15,969 nucleotides of DNA from Tsukamurella soli (lineage in GTDB: Bacteria > Actinomycetota > Actinomycetes > Mycobacteriales > Mycobacteriaceae): NCBI RefSeq assembly GCF_039541155.1, contig NZ_BAABFR010000108.1, positions 1-15,969 of the forward strand, read 5' to 3'. Positions 7,731 to 14,796 of the stretch are shown here, piece after piece. The position numbers and the translations under genes are program-made. Each line of letters opens with the position of its first letter. Position 1 is the first letter of the stretch. Under the pieces are notes generated by a model that worked only from the letters and a program-made list of their open reading frames with translations, was not told the DNA's origin and did not search any database.

Positions 7731-7801
7731 TTATAGAGATTACATCGATTTGGTGCTCACTGAGGGGTGACCGACGGGATCCTGCCTGGGAATATCGGTG
7801 C
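7731..7801. promoter_or_regulatory. 71-bp divergent intergenic region, candidate back-to-back (possibly leaderless) promoters
   Basis: This is the most AT-rich stretch of the module. On the minus strand TAATCT (TANNNT) ends 6 nt before GTG 7730. On the plus strand GAATAT ends 6 nt before ATG 7802. There is no Shine-Dalgarno on either side. Confidence 0.35.
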
Positions 7802-8044
7802 ATGGACATCACACTATTGACCAAAGGTCAGGTCGCACGCCGGCTCGGGCTCTCCCCGGAACGGGTGCGGCAACTCTCCGAATCCGGGGCGCTCGCATGC
7901 CAGCACACACCGCTCGGCAGACTCTACGATCCCGACGAGGTCGACCGCTACGCGGCGACTCGCGCGGCTGACACCCGGCGCTCACACCGCTCGGTCGAGC
8001 GTCGGGATTCGTCCTCGCGCGACGGCGGTGCTGACGGTGAGTGA
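7802..8044 (+). CDS. Excisionase-family/MerR-like HTH DNA-binding protein
   Basis: 'LLTKGQVARRLGLSPERVRQLSESGALACQHTPLGRLYDPDEVDRY' matches the Xis-type HTH pattern. It is the first gene of the plus-strand operon. Confidence 0.7.
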   Translation: MDITLLTKGQVARRLGLSPERVRQLSESGALACQHTPLGRLYDPDEVDRYAATRAADTRRSHRSVERRDSSSRDGGADGE

Positions 8045-8303
8045 CGAGATGATCCGTGCCGTGACGACGCGGTCGGTCGAGTCCATTCCCGTGAGGGAGC
8101 TGACCGAGGCCGAGTTGTCGCTTGTCGGGAGTCATTGGAACGCCGTCGGGCGGTATCTGCGGACCGGTGACACGACACGGCTGAACCGGTTCGTCGGCGT
8201 CCGGGTCGGTGGTCGTGAGTTGGAGACACGGACCGTCGCACTGGACTATTACGGCAACATCGGGGAGCTCGAGTTCGAGTCGATCTATGACGACATCCGG
8301 TGA
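8028..8303 (+). CDS. Small hypothetical protein (84-91 aa)
   Basis: The ORF bridges the Xis-like and HNH genes, and its stop overlaps the next start (GTGA at 8300-8303). The start is either GTG 8028 or ATG 8049. No domain recognised. Confidence 0.5.
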   Translation: MLTVSDEMIRAVTTRSVESIPVRELTEAELSLVGSHWNAVGRYLRTGDTTRLNRFVGVRVGGRELETRTVALDYYGNIGELEFESIYDDIR

Positions 8304-9085
8304 GCCGGGGAGTGTGCGCCGCGTGCGGGCGGATCGGTCGTATCGAGGCCCATCACCTCGCGGGACGCGTCAATGATCCGACGCTCACGGTTCCTGTCTG
8401 CCGGGACTGCCATCGCGGTTACCTGACACCGTGGCAGTACGCCGACGGCGTCGGACTCCGCCACGATGGAGTCGACAACGAGGTCGATACGCTGCGTGCC
8501 CTCGTGCATGGGATGTTCCGCTTCCTCGCGCTGATGTGCCAGCGCACCGGAGGCGACCCGGCGCAGCTCGCTGACGACTGCATCCTGACGGCGCGGGGGT
8601 TCTCGTCCCTGCTGGATGCGGTGGGGCCACCCGACCGGCAAGGTCGGTGGTCGCCGGACCCACGCAACGCCGATCCTGTTGCGGGACCGGTGATCCCCGC
8701 CGGCGGATCAGCCGCCGAGCGCCTGCACGACCTGGCGACCAGCTTCCTCACGGCGACCGAGCCGGTCGCCGGCGTCGACCCGCTCCGCGTGGTGCTCGTC
8801 GACATCGTCGCCGACCCCGAGCGGTACCTGGACGCCTGGGAGGAGTTCGTCGCCGACCCCGATCGATACACGCAGATGTGCGCCACCGTCGGCGAGATAG
8901 CCGAGTGGAGTCACAACGCCACGCTCGGTCTCCTCGACCTCGCCGACCCCCACAGGCGGCCGGCGACCGGCGCCGGGTCCAGAACCGAACTCGGGCAGGG
9001 ACTCGCGGATGCGGGCTCCAAATTGCTAGACCTGCACCACGCCGTGATAGCCCATCATGCGGAAGAACCGAGGGCAGTGCGATGA
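8300..9085 (+). CDS. HNH-finger protein with an unrecognised C-terminal domain
   Basis: The N-terminal 40 aa 'CAACGRIGRIEAHHLAGRVNDPTLTVPVCRDCH' has CxxC...HH...N...CxxCH, an HNH/His-Me zinc finger. It is overlap-coupled to both neighbours (GTGA 8300-8303, ATGA 9082-9085). Confidence 0.7.
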   Translation: MSRGVCAACGRIGRIEAHHLAGRVNDPTLTVPVCRDCHRGYLTPWQYADGVGLRHDGVDNEVDTLRALVHGMFRFLALMCQRTGGDPAQLADDCILTARGFSSLLDAVGPPDRQGRWSPDPRNADPVAGPVIPAGGSAAERLHDLATSFLTATEPVAGVDPLRVVLVDIVADPERYLDAWEEFVADPDRYTQMCATVGEIAEWSHNATLGLLDLADPHRRPATGAGSRTELGQGLADAGSKLLDLHHAVIAHHAEEPRAVR

Positions 9086-11274
9086 ACGATGGCGACCGCG
9101 ACCTCCTGCCTGTCGCGGTGCGGGCCTGGACCGACGCACCCCGCGCCACCCGCAGGGCGCAGCGCAGCGAACCGATTCAACACGTCCTCGTGATCGACAC
9201 CGAGACCACCACCGACGAAGCGCAAGCCCTCAACTTCGGATGCTTCCGCTACTGCCACATCGACGGCGACGGGCGCGTGGTCACCGTCGCCGAGGGCCTG
9301 TTCTACGCCGACGACCTGCCCGAACGGCACCCCGACGGACACGCCGTCCTGCGCTCCTACGCCGCGCAGCAGTCCGCCGACGTCGACATGAAATACACTG
9401 GCGGATCGGTTGATTGGCGACTGAACTTGATGCCGCTGTCGGTGTTCGTCCGCGACTGGCTGCGGCTGGCGTACGAGCCGCGGCGCGGACGGGCGTGGGG
9501 ACCTGCCACGGTGGTGATGTTCAACGCACCGTTCGACCTCTCCCGCCTCGCCGGCAACGTCAGCGACGCCCGCGGCACCGGGAAGGCGCACGTGTTCGCC
9601 GGCGGATTCTCCCTCGCGCCGTGGGTCGACGCCGATGGACACCCCGCTGGCTGGTTCCCGAGACTGCGGGTCAAGTCGATCGACTCGAAACGCGCCCTCA
9701 TCGGCTTCTCCCAAATCGATCCCGAAAAGAAGATCAGTACAGGCGATTTCGTCGACCTCCGGACCGTGGCTTTCGCGTTGACCGGAAACAGTCACAGCCT
9801 GGCCACCGCATGCGAGACCTTCCGTGTCGAGCACGGCAAGACCGCGACCTCCGAGCACGGCCTCATCACACCCGAGTACATCCGATACTGCCGCGACGAC
9901 GTACGTGCCACCACAGAGTTGTTCGAGAATACCAGCGCGGAGTACGCACGGCACCCGATCGCTTTGCCGGTCAGCAAAGCGTTCTCGCCGGCCTCCATCG
10001 CCAAGGCCTACCTACGGGCGATGGGCATCACCCCGATCCTCGAACGCCACCCAAACGTCACCAATCAGGCTCTCGGGTACGCGATGTCGGCGTACTACGG
10101 CGGGCGGGCCGAAGCCCACATCCGCAACACCCCGGTACCGGTGGTCGTCTGCGACTTCACCAGCATGTACCCCACCGTCGACGTCCTGATGAACCTGTGG
10201 GGGCTGCTCACCCACGAGGACACCGTCACCGAGGACGCCACCGACGACTTTCGAGCGCTGCTGGATTCGGTGACGCTGGACGGCTGCTTCCGCCCCGACC
10301 TGTGGCCTCAGCTCGTCGGTATCGCGCAGATCGTCCCCGACGGTGACGTGCTTCCCGTCCGCGCCGCCTACGGTGACACCCCAGGATGGAACATCGGTGT
10401 CAACCACCTGACCAGCGACCATCCACTCTGGTATACGCTGCCTGATATCCTCGCCTCGACATTGCTCACCGGCAAGCCACCGCGCGTCCTGCGAGCGGTG
10501 CGGTTCACCTCCTCCCGCAACCTCTTGCACGGCCTCACCGAGGTGCGGCTGCGTGGCGAGGTCCCTGTCGATCCCGCGACGGATGACTTCTTCCGCACCG
10601 TCGTCGAGGAACGCCAACGCGTCAAGACCGCTGGCCAAGGCCACCCGGACAACTGTCCGTGCCAGGAGTGCTCGCTCGCCCCGTTCCTCAAGGTCCTCGC
10701 GAACGCCGGAAGTTACGGAATCTTCGGGGAGATGAACCGCCACGAACAGTCGAAGCCGATGACCGTGACCGTGTACGGGGCCTTCGAGTCACCGTGGGAG
10801 ACGACGACATCTGCCCCCGAGCTGCCGGGTGAGTACTGCTTTCCACCGATCGCTGCCTGCATCACCGGGGCTGCCCGGCTGATGCTCGCCTTGCTCGAAC
10901 GATGCGTCACCGACCTCGGCGGAACCTGGGCGTTCTGCGACACCGACAGCATGGCGATCGTCGCCGACGAGACCGGTTCACTGGTCCCGTGTGCCGGCGG
11001 ACCGCACCTTACCGACGACGGCCGCCCCGCGGTCCGCGCCCTCACCCCGCATCAGGTCGAAGCCATCCGTCGTCGATTCGACACCCTCAACCCCTACGAC
11101 CCTGTGGCGGTTCGCGACATCCTCAAACGCGAATACGACGGATACTGCGTCGCGATCTCCGCCAAGCGGTACGCCCTCTACCACCTCGACGATTCCGGAC
11201 ACGCGGTGCCGGATCGGGTCATCGATCTGATCGGCGAGGACGTCGACGCCGACACGTGGCCCGGCACGGCATGA
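9082..11274 (+). CDS. polB: Family B DNA polymerase with 3'-5' exonuclease domain (730 aa)
   Basis: ExoI 'VIDTET' (DTE 9196-9204). ExoII 'MFNAPFDL' (9523-9537). ExoIII 'YCRDD' (9886-9900). Motif A 'DFTSMYPT' (10153-10176). Motif B 'KVLANAGSYG' (10690-10719). Motif C 'CDTDS' (10936-10950). KxY 'AKRYALY' (KRY 11164-11172). The start at ATG 9082 is chosen for its ATGA overlap with the HNH gene. The track's 8647 start adds an Arg/Pro-rich stretch out of frame with the HNH gene. Confidence 0.9.
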   Translation: MNDGDRDLLPVAVRAWTDAPRATRRAQRSEPIQHVLVIDTETTTDEAQALNFGCFRYCHIDGDGRVVTVAEGLFYADDLPERHPDGHAVLRSYAAQQSADVDMKYTGGSVDWRLNLMPLSVFVRDWLRLAYEPRRGRAWGPATVVMFNAPFDLSRLAGNVSDARGTGKAHVFAGGFSLAPWVDADGHPAGWFPRLRVKSIDSKRALIGFSQIDPEKKISTGDFVDLRTVAFALTGNSHSLATACETFRVEHGKTATSEHGLITPEYIRYCRDDVRATTELFENTSAEYARHPIALPVSKAFSPASIAKAYLRAMGITPILERHPNVTNQALGYAMSAYYGGRAEAHIRNTPVPVVVCDFTSMYPTVDVLMNLWGLLTHEDTVTEDATDDFRALLDSVTLDGCFRPDLWPQLVGIAQIVPDGDVLPVRAAYGDTPGWNIGVNHLTSDHPLWYTLPDILASTLLTGKPPRVLRAVRFTSSRNLLHGLTEVRLRGEVPVDPATDDFFRTVVEERQRVKTAGQGHPDNCPCQECSLAPFLKVLANAGSYGIFGEMNRHEQSKPMTVTVYGAFESPWETTTSAPELPGEYCFPPIAACITGAARLMLALLERCVTDLGGTWAFCDTDSMAIVADETGSLVPCAGGPHLTDDGRPAVRALTPHQVEAIRRRFDTLNPYDPVAVRDILKREYDGYCVAISAKRYALYHLDDSGHAVPDRVIDLIGEDVDADTWPGTA

Positions 11275-11277
11275 CCC

Positions 11278-12522
11278 GTGATCGACAAGAACTCCGAGCA
11301 CGGGCTCGGGCACCTGCTCAACCCCACCGACCCCGAATCCGACGACCGAGACTGGATACGCCACCTGTGGACCTTCATCGTCGCGACCGTGATCGGCGCC
11401 GACCGGGTCGAGCCGGACTGGCTCGACCGACCAGCGCTCGGACGGATCACCATCTCCTCACCGACCATGCTGCAGCCGCTCGCAACGTGGAACGAGACAC
11501 GGCCATACGCTCAGCAGATCAAGCCGTACAACTTCCTGCTCGTCGCGCACGCCGCACCGCTCGGACACCCACCCGGTGCCGACCCCGAGAAGTTCACCCT
11601 CATCGCCCCGTACAGCGCCGACGCCACGCTGTGGGCCGGGTTGATGTGGCGCAACCTCCACGACCCCCACGGCCCGACCTACAGAATCACCACCGAGGAC
11701 TGGGATCACACCCTCGGCGGCCAACCGGCAGACCTCGTCGTCGTCACCTCCTACCGCGACGTCCTGCACCGATACATGCGCCACCCTGAAGCGAAATCCG
11801 CAGGCCCAGAGGGAAACCCATGCAGACACGACACCACCGGGCTCCTCGGACGACGGCAAGTCCACCTCACGAGCGGCAACCTGCACCACATCGGGAAAGA
11901 AGCCAACAAGATCGACGACGTCCAGGCCGGAACCGTCACCGCGCTCGACGACGTCGTCAACGACTACGGAACCCCGCTCGACATCCTGGCGGCTCTGGTG
12001 TGGCCGTGCATCGCCACGCTATCGAACGTCGACATCGCTGCACGATTCGACGTCGCGGAACGGACCGTCGCGCGCTGGCGCCGGAAGGATGCGACTCCCC
12101 GCGACCGACACGTGCAAGCGCTGATCATGCTCGCCGTCGACGTGGCACTCGACCACCTGAACCGGGCCGCGATCGACCACCCATGGTGCGACCTGCCGCT
12201 CGCAGCGGCGCGCCGCGACTGGCGAACGGTACTCGCGTTCCACCTCGACCGCCACGAACCAGAACAACCACGATGCCCCTGCGGCTGCGGAGCCCCGCTC
12301 CGCCCACGCCAGAACTACGCGACAGACGCCTGCCGGAAACGCATCGTACGCCGATCCGCCCCGCCGACACCCGGCGCGACGGCGGCACCCCGACCACAGA
12401 CCCAACTGACACCGGCGAGTCGTCCCCACGGGGCACAAGTAGGGACAGCGGCACCGATAGACAGTTTGGACATGTCACGTACTCGCGCAGCGGACCCGTC
12501 CCGATGTTTGGTGGGGTGGTAG
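11278..12522 (+). CDS. Hypothetical protein in the same frame as PolB (possible polymerase C-terminal continuation) with an HTH-like segment and C-terminal Cys cluster
   Basis: It begins 3 nt after the PolB TGA, in the identical frame. The N-terminus is 'IDKNSEHGLGHLLNPTDPESDDRDWIRHLW'. There is an HTH-like 'LSNVDIAARFDVAERTVARWRRK' and a 'CPCGCGAPLRPRQNYATDACRKR' zinc-ribbon-like tail. Confidence 0.55.
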   Translation: MIDKNSEHGLGHLLNPTDPESDDRDWIRHLWTFIVATVIGADRVEPDWLDRPALGRITISSPTMLQPLATWNETRPYAQQIKPYNFLLVAHAAPLGHPPGADPEKFTLIAPYSADATLWAGLMWRNLHDPHGPTYRITTEDWDHTLGGQPADLVVVTSYRDVLHRYMRHPEAKSAGPEGNPCRHDTTGLLGRRQVHLTSGNLHHIGKEANKIDDVQAGTVTALDDVVNDYGTPLDILAALVWPCIATLSNVDIAARFDVAERTVARWRRKDATPRDRHVQALIMLAVDVALDHLNRAAIDHPWCDLPLAAARRDWRTVLAFHLDRHEPEQPRCPCGCGAPLRPRQNYATDACRKRIVRRSAPPTPGATAAPRPQTQLTPASRPHGAQVGTAAPIDSLDMSRTRAADPSRCLVGW

Positions 12523-12546
12523 TGGTATCGGTGGTTTCGGCCGACG

Positions 12547-12561
12547 CGCACCGAACCGCGC
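12547..12561. repeat. Right copy of flanking direct repeat CGCACCGAACCGCGC
   Basis: Read directly. This is the partner of 5398-5415. It lies 24 nt after the stop at 12522. Confidence 0.45.
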
Positions 12562-12585
12562 CCGCACCACGTATCATGATCCAGC

Positions 12586-12990
12586 GTGAAGAAGTGGATC
12601 ACTGCGGTCGCCGCAAGTGGAATCTGTGTATCGCTCACTCCCTCTGTGGCACAGGCGGATCCGCCGCCCATGACGCCTGCGTATGCGTACGACTGCGGGC
12701 ACAAGTCGATCCGACCGGCTGAGATCGTCATCACCTGCGCGGACGCAAACAATGAGGTGGTTGACATCGATTGGTCGGTGTGGAGCACGGAAACGGCGCT
12801 AGGCCGTGGCGTGTGGACGATCAACCCATGTATTCCCTACTGCGCCGTGGTTCCCTCGTCGAAATGGAAACGCACGCCGGTCTCTGTGGTACTCACAGAA
12901 CGGCAGGACGACGGGTTTATGCTGATGGTGCTCACCGACGGGTCAGGCAGGAACACGGTAGTGAACCTTCGCGATATCGCGCAGGCGTGA
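12586..12990 (+). CDS. Small secreted protein (Sec signal peptide, four Cys)
   Basis: 'MKKWITAVAASGICVSLTPSVAQA|DPPP' has n/h/c regions with an AQA cleavage motif. The mature part contains four cysteines. Start is GTG. No domain recognised. Confidence 0.7.
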   Translation: MKKWITAVAASGICVSLTPSVAQADPPPMTPAYAYDCGHKSIRPAEIVITCADANNEVVDIDWSVWSTETALGRGVWTINPCIPYCAVVPSSKWKRTPVSVVLTERQDDGFMLMVLTDGSGRNTVVNLRDIAQA

Positions 12991-13262
12991 AATACGCCGG
13001 CGACGACAGCGACCACAAGTGCTCCGGGGGGCACCGACGCGGATCGGCTCGCCAAGGTGGCCGCTGACAAACTTGGCCGGCGGCAAGAGGCGCCTGGGAT
13101 CTGTCTCCACTGAGCCTGCGTTTCCGGGCACAGGCCCGGAGAGTCGCGTGGGCCGCCGTAGTGGGCCTTCAAGGGCAACGTTATGGTGTCGTCGGCAGGT
13201 TCGACCGGGCAGGTGGGCGCCCGCTGAGCCGTTTGAGATGCTTGGGTATTCTGCCTCTGAAG

Positions 13263-13284
13263 ATGGGCAGAGCATGGGCAGAGC
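13263..13284. repeat. Perfect 11-bp tandem duplication ATGGGCAGAGC x2
   Basis: Read directly, in the apparently non-coding 12991-13549 region. Confidence 0.9.
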
Positions 13285-13549
13285 TGTCAGGGCTGATATC
13301 ACCGCATCACGTGGGGGGCGCGGATGTGTGAGTGCGGCGCCTCGCGACGAGTACATGGATCCCGCAATCCCTGCAAGTCCAGCTGTGCTTCCGACTGCTG
13401 TTCACGTGGCCCCGGTTTCCGGTCGGCGCCGCATCGACCGGATGCCACGGCGGACGACACTCACGGCAATGGTGGCCACTGAAACACCGGAGAGCTCTTT
13501 CATGTAACCTTCCGCGGGTAAGCGGTGCGAGGCATGCCTACAAGGACCG

Positions 13550-14584
13550 CTACTCCGTCGACTCTCCGACTGGATCGATCTTTAATCGGCGAATACTATT
13601 CCGACACTTCTCAGGGAGTTCGATCAGGCGGATGTCTATAGTCCTGCGATCGGGTGAGAGTACCAGAACTTGCATCGTCCCCTCTCGCTCGCCCAACGTC
13701 ACGAGGGTTCCAGCTAGCGCCTCACCTGTGGCGATGTTGGACACCGCGTAGTACTCGGTCGGTGCACCGCGGTGCCACTGGAGATTTCCGTTTATCGTGA
13801 TAGTTTCGATGAGGACGAGCGAGGAATTCGAGCGCATATACACCCCGTCCGCGCGGACGTCGATCGTGTGAGTGTGCGGCCATCCGGGACCACATGCTTC
13901 TGCCGAATTTGAAGGTTCGTGGAAGGGGATTGGGAAGGTTCGCAGGACGGTCTGAGCGGGTTCGAGCTGGAACAATATCTGACTTGACCGCAGAAGTAGA
14001 TCCCTAAAATACTCTTCAACGGAAGCGACCCGACTGTTGCCCTGCCCCTGGTTGTCGAATAACGCCGTGGACCAGTCATACGACACTTGCTGTTGAGTGA
14101 CGATCGTGATATTCCAGCCTATCCAGCGAAGAAGGAACTGACTCGACGGTAAGCATTCTTGCGGCGTGCCCTTCATCGTCAGGATCGGGAACTGCTCACT
14201 GAGGTCCTTCGTCCATGGCTCAAGTCGATATAGGGTGACACCGTGTGCTTCCGCCTTCCTTTCGGCACCGTTCGTGAATCCGGAAGTCGATACGATAGCC
14301 CGATCCGTGATCGAATCCATGTCGGCGAATTTCATGCAGAGTTGTTCGACTGTGGTAACATCGATTGGCTGCCCCTCGTGCTTTACTTCGTAGGCCTTGA
14401 AAGCGTGGTTCCCACTGACAGGGTCAGTAACGGTTACTGTGACATCCACATCACGCTCCTTGCCGGCTGCGGGATCGTTTACCATATCCCCAACAACGAT
14501 GTCAATCGCCGCAGGATTCCATCGCGCGGCGCAAAGGCCAACGAGGTATTGGACGGTCATTTCAGTGAGTGGCAACTTCGGCAC
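13550..14584 (-). CDS. Mrr-like PD-(D/E)xK restriction-endonuclease-fold protein with an unknown ~200-aa C-terminal domain
   Basis: 'KERDVDVTVTV...AFKAYEVKHEGQPIDVTTVEQL...DRAIVSTSGFTNGAERKAEAHGVTLYRL' has D...ExK (EVK at 14381-14389) followed by the Mrr_cat-like 'vsTsgFT..A'. The block is low-GC. The start is GTG 14584 or ATG 14560. Confidence 0.75.
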   Translation of the reverse strand: MPKLPLTEMTVQYLVGLCAARWNPAAIDIVVGDMVNDPAAGKERDVDVTVTVTDPVSGNHAFKAYEVKHEGQPIDVTTVEQLCMKFADMDSITDRAIVSTSGFTNGAERKAEAHGVTLYRLEPWTKDLSEQFPILTMKGTPQECLPSSQFLLRWIGWNITIVTQQQVSYDWSTALFDNQGQGNSRVASVEEYFRDLLLRSSQILFQLEPAQTVLRTFPIPFHEPSNSAEACGPGWPHTHTIDVRADGVYMRSNSSLVLIETITINGNLQWHRGAPTEYYAVSNIATGEALAGTLVTLGEREGTMQVLVLSPDRRTIDIRLIELPEKCRNSIRRLKIDPVGESTE

Positions 14585-14710
14585 ATGGACATCGTCTCAT
14601 CTCTATCACGGTTCGGGACGCGTTCGGACTTCGTTTGAGGTGCTGGTCCCTCACTTGTGGCCCGATACCGCGAGGTCGGCGCAGCGCTGGACGTTCGGGC
14701 GGCTCCGGCG

Positions 14711-14759
14711 GTCACCCGGCTCACACAAACGCGGTCTTGAGGGCGCCGCGTGGGGTGAC
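14711..14759 (-). terminator. Compound GC-rich stem-loop between the kinase and nuclease genes (possible terminator or attenuator)
   Basis: The outer stem GTCACCC (14711-14717) pairs with GGGTGAC (14753-14759). The inner stem ACGCGG (14729-14734) pairs with CCGCGT (14746-14751). There is no U-tract. It lies 38 nt downstream of the kinase stop on the minus strand. Confidence 0.2.
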
Positions 14760-14796
14760 GCACGCATCCTCGAGGCGATCGCCAACTTGCAGACAG

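Larger units (their letters stand above)
5398..12561. mobile_element. Casposon-like (Cas1 + PolB) self-synthesizing element or a domesticated derivative; borders tentative
   Basis: The gene set is solo Cas1, family B polymerase, HNH and HTH proteins in two divergent, tightly coupled operons. An imperfect 15-bp direct repeat sits in the two short flanking intergenic regions. I found no convincing terminal inverted repeats by eye. Confidence 0.5.

Noticed and set aside
5422-7824. An 800-aa minus-strand ORF that looks like a giant Cas1 fusion protein.
   Set aside because: Only the last 478 aa (from ATG 6858) are Cas1-like. The N-terminal ~320 aa are Arg/Pro/His-rich low-complexity sequence, read out of frame across the better 291-aa gene (6855-7730). 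This is a typical high-GC open-frame artefact.
8647-9081. The N-terminal 145-aa extension of the PolB ORF given in the ORF track.
   Set aside because: It is Arg/Pro-rich nonsense that overlaps the HNH-finger gene in another frame. ATG 9082 forms an ATGA overlap with the HNH gene's stop and immediately precedes the ExoI region.
9847-9864. A repeated 'SEHGL' peptide with a 12-nt identical core (CTCCGAGCACGG) in PolB (9847-9864) and at the start of the downstream ORF (11290-11307).
   Set aside because: Several exact 12-mer repeats are expected by chance in a 16-kb GC-rich window. There is no extended similarity around the core.
9055-12722. Multiple long ORFs overlapping PolB and the downstream gene (for example 9055-9954 minus, 9414-10346 plus, 10012-10743 minus, 10902-11789 plus, 11820-12722 plus).
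   Set aside because: They have an Arg/Pro/Gly/Ala-dominated composition and no motifs. They lie antisense to, or out of frame with, motif-bearing genes. Stop-poor frames like these are expected in ~67% GC DNA.
13190-13225. A 'GGTTCGACC' string reminiscent of a tRNA T-arm, a possible att or tRNA fragment near the island.
   Set aside because: The flanking bases do not form the required 5-bp T-stem, and no acceptor or anticodon arms are evident.
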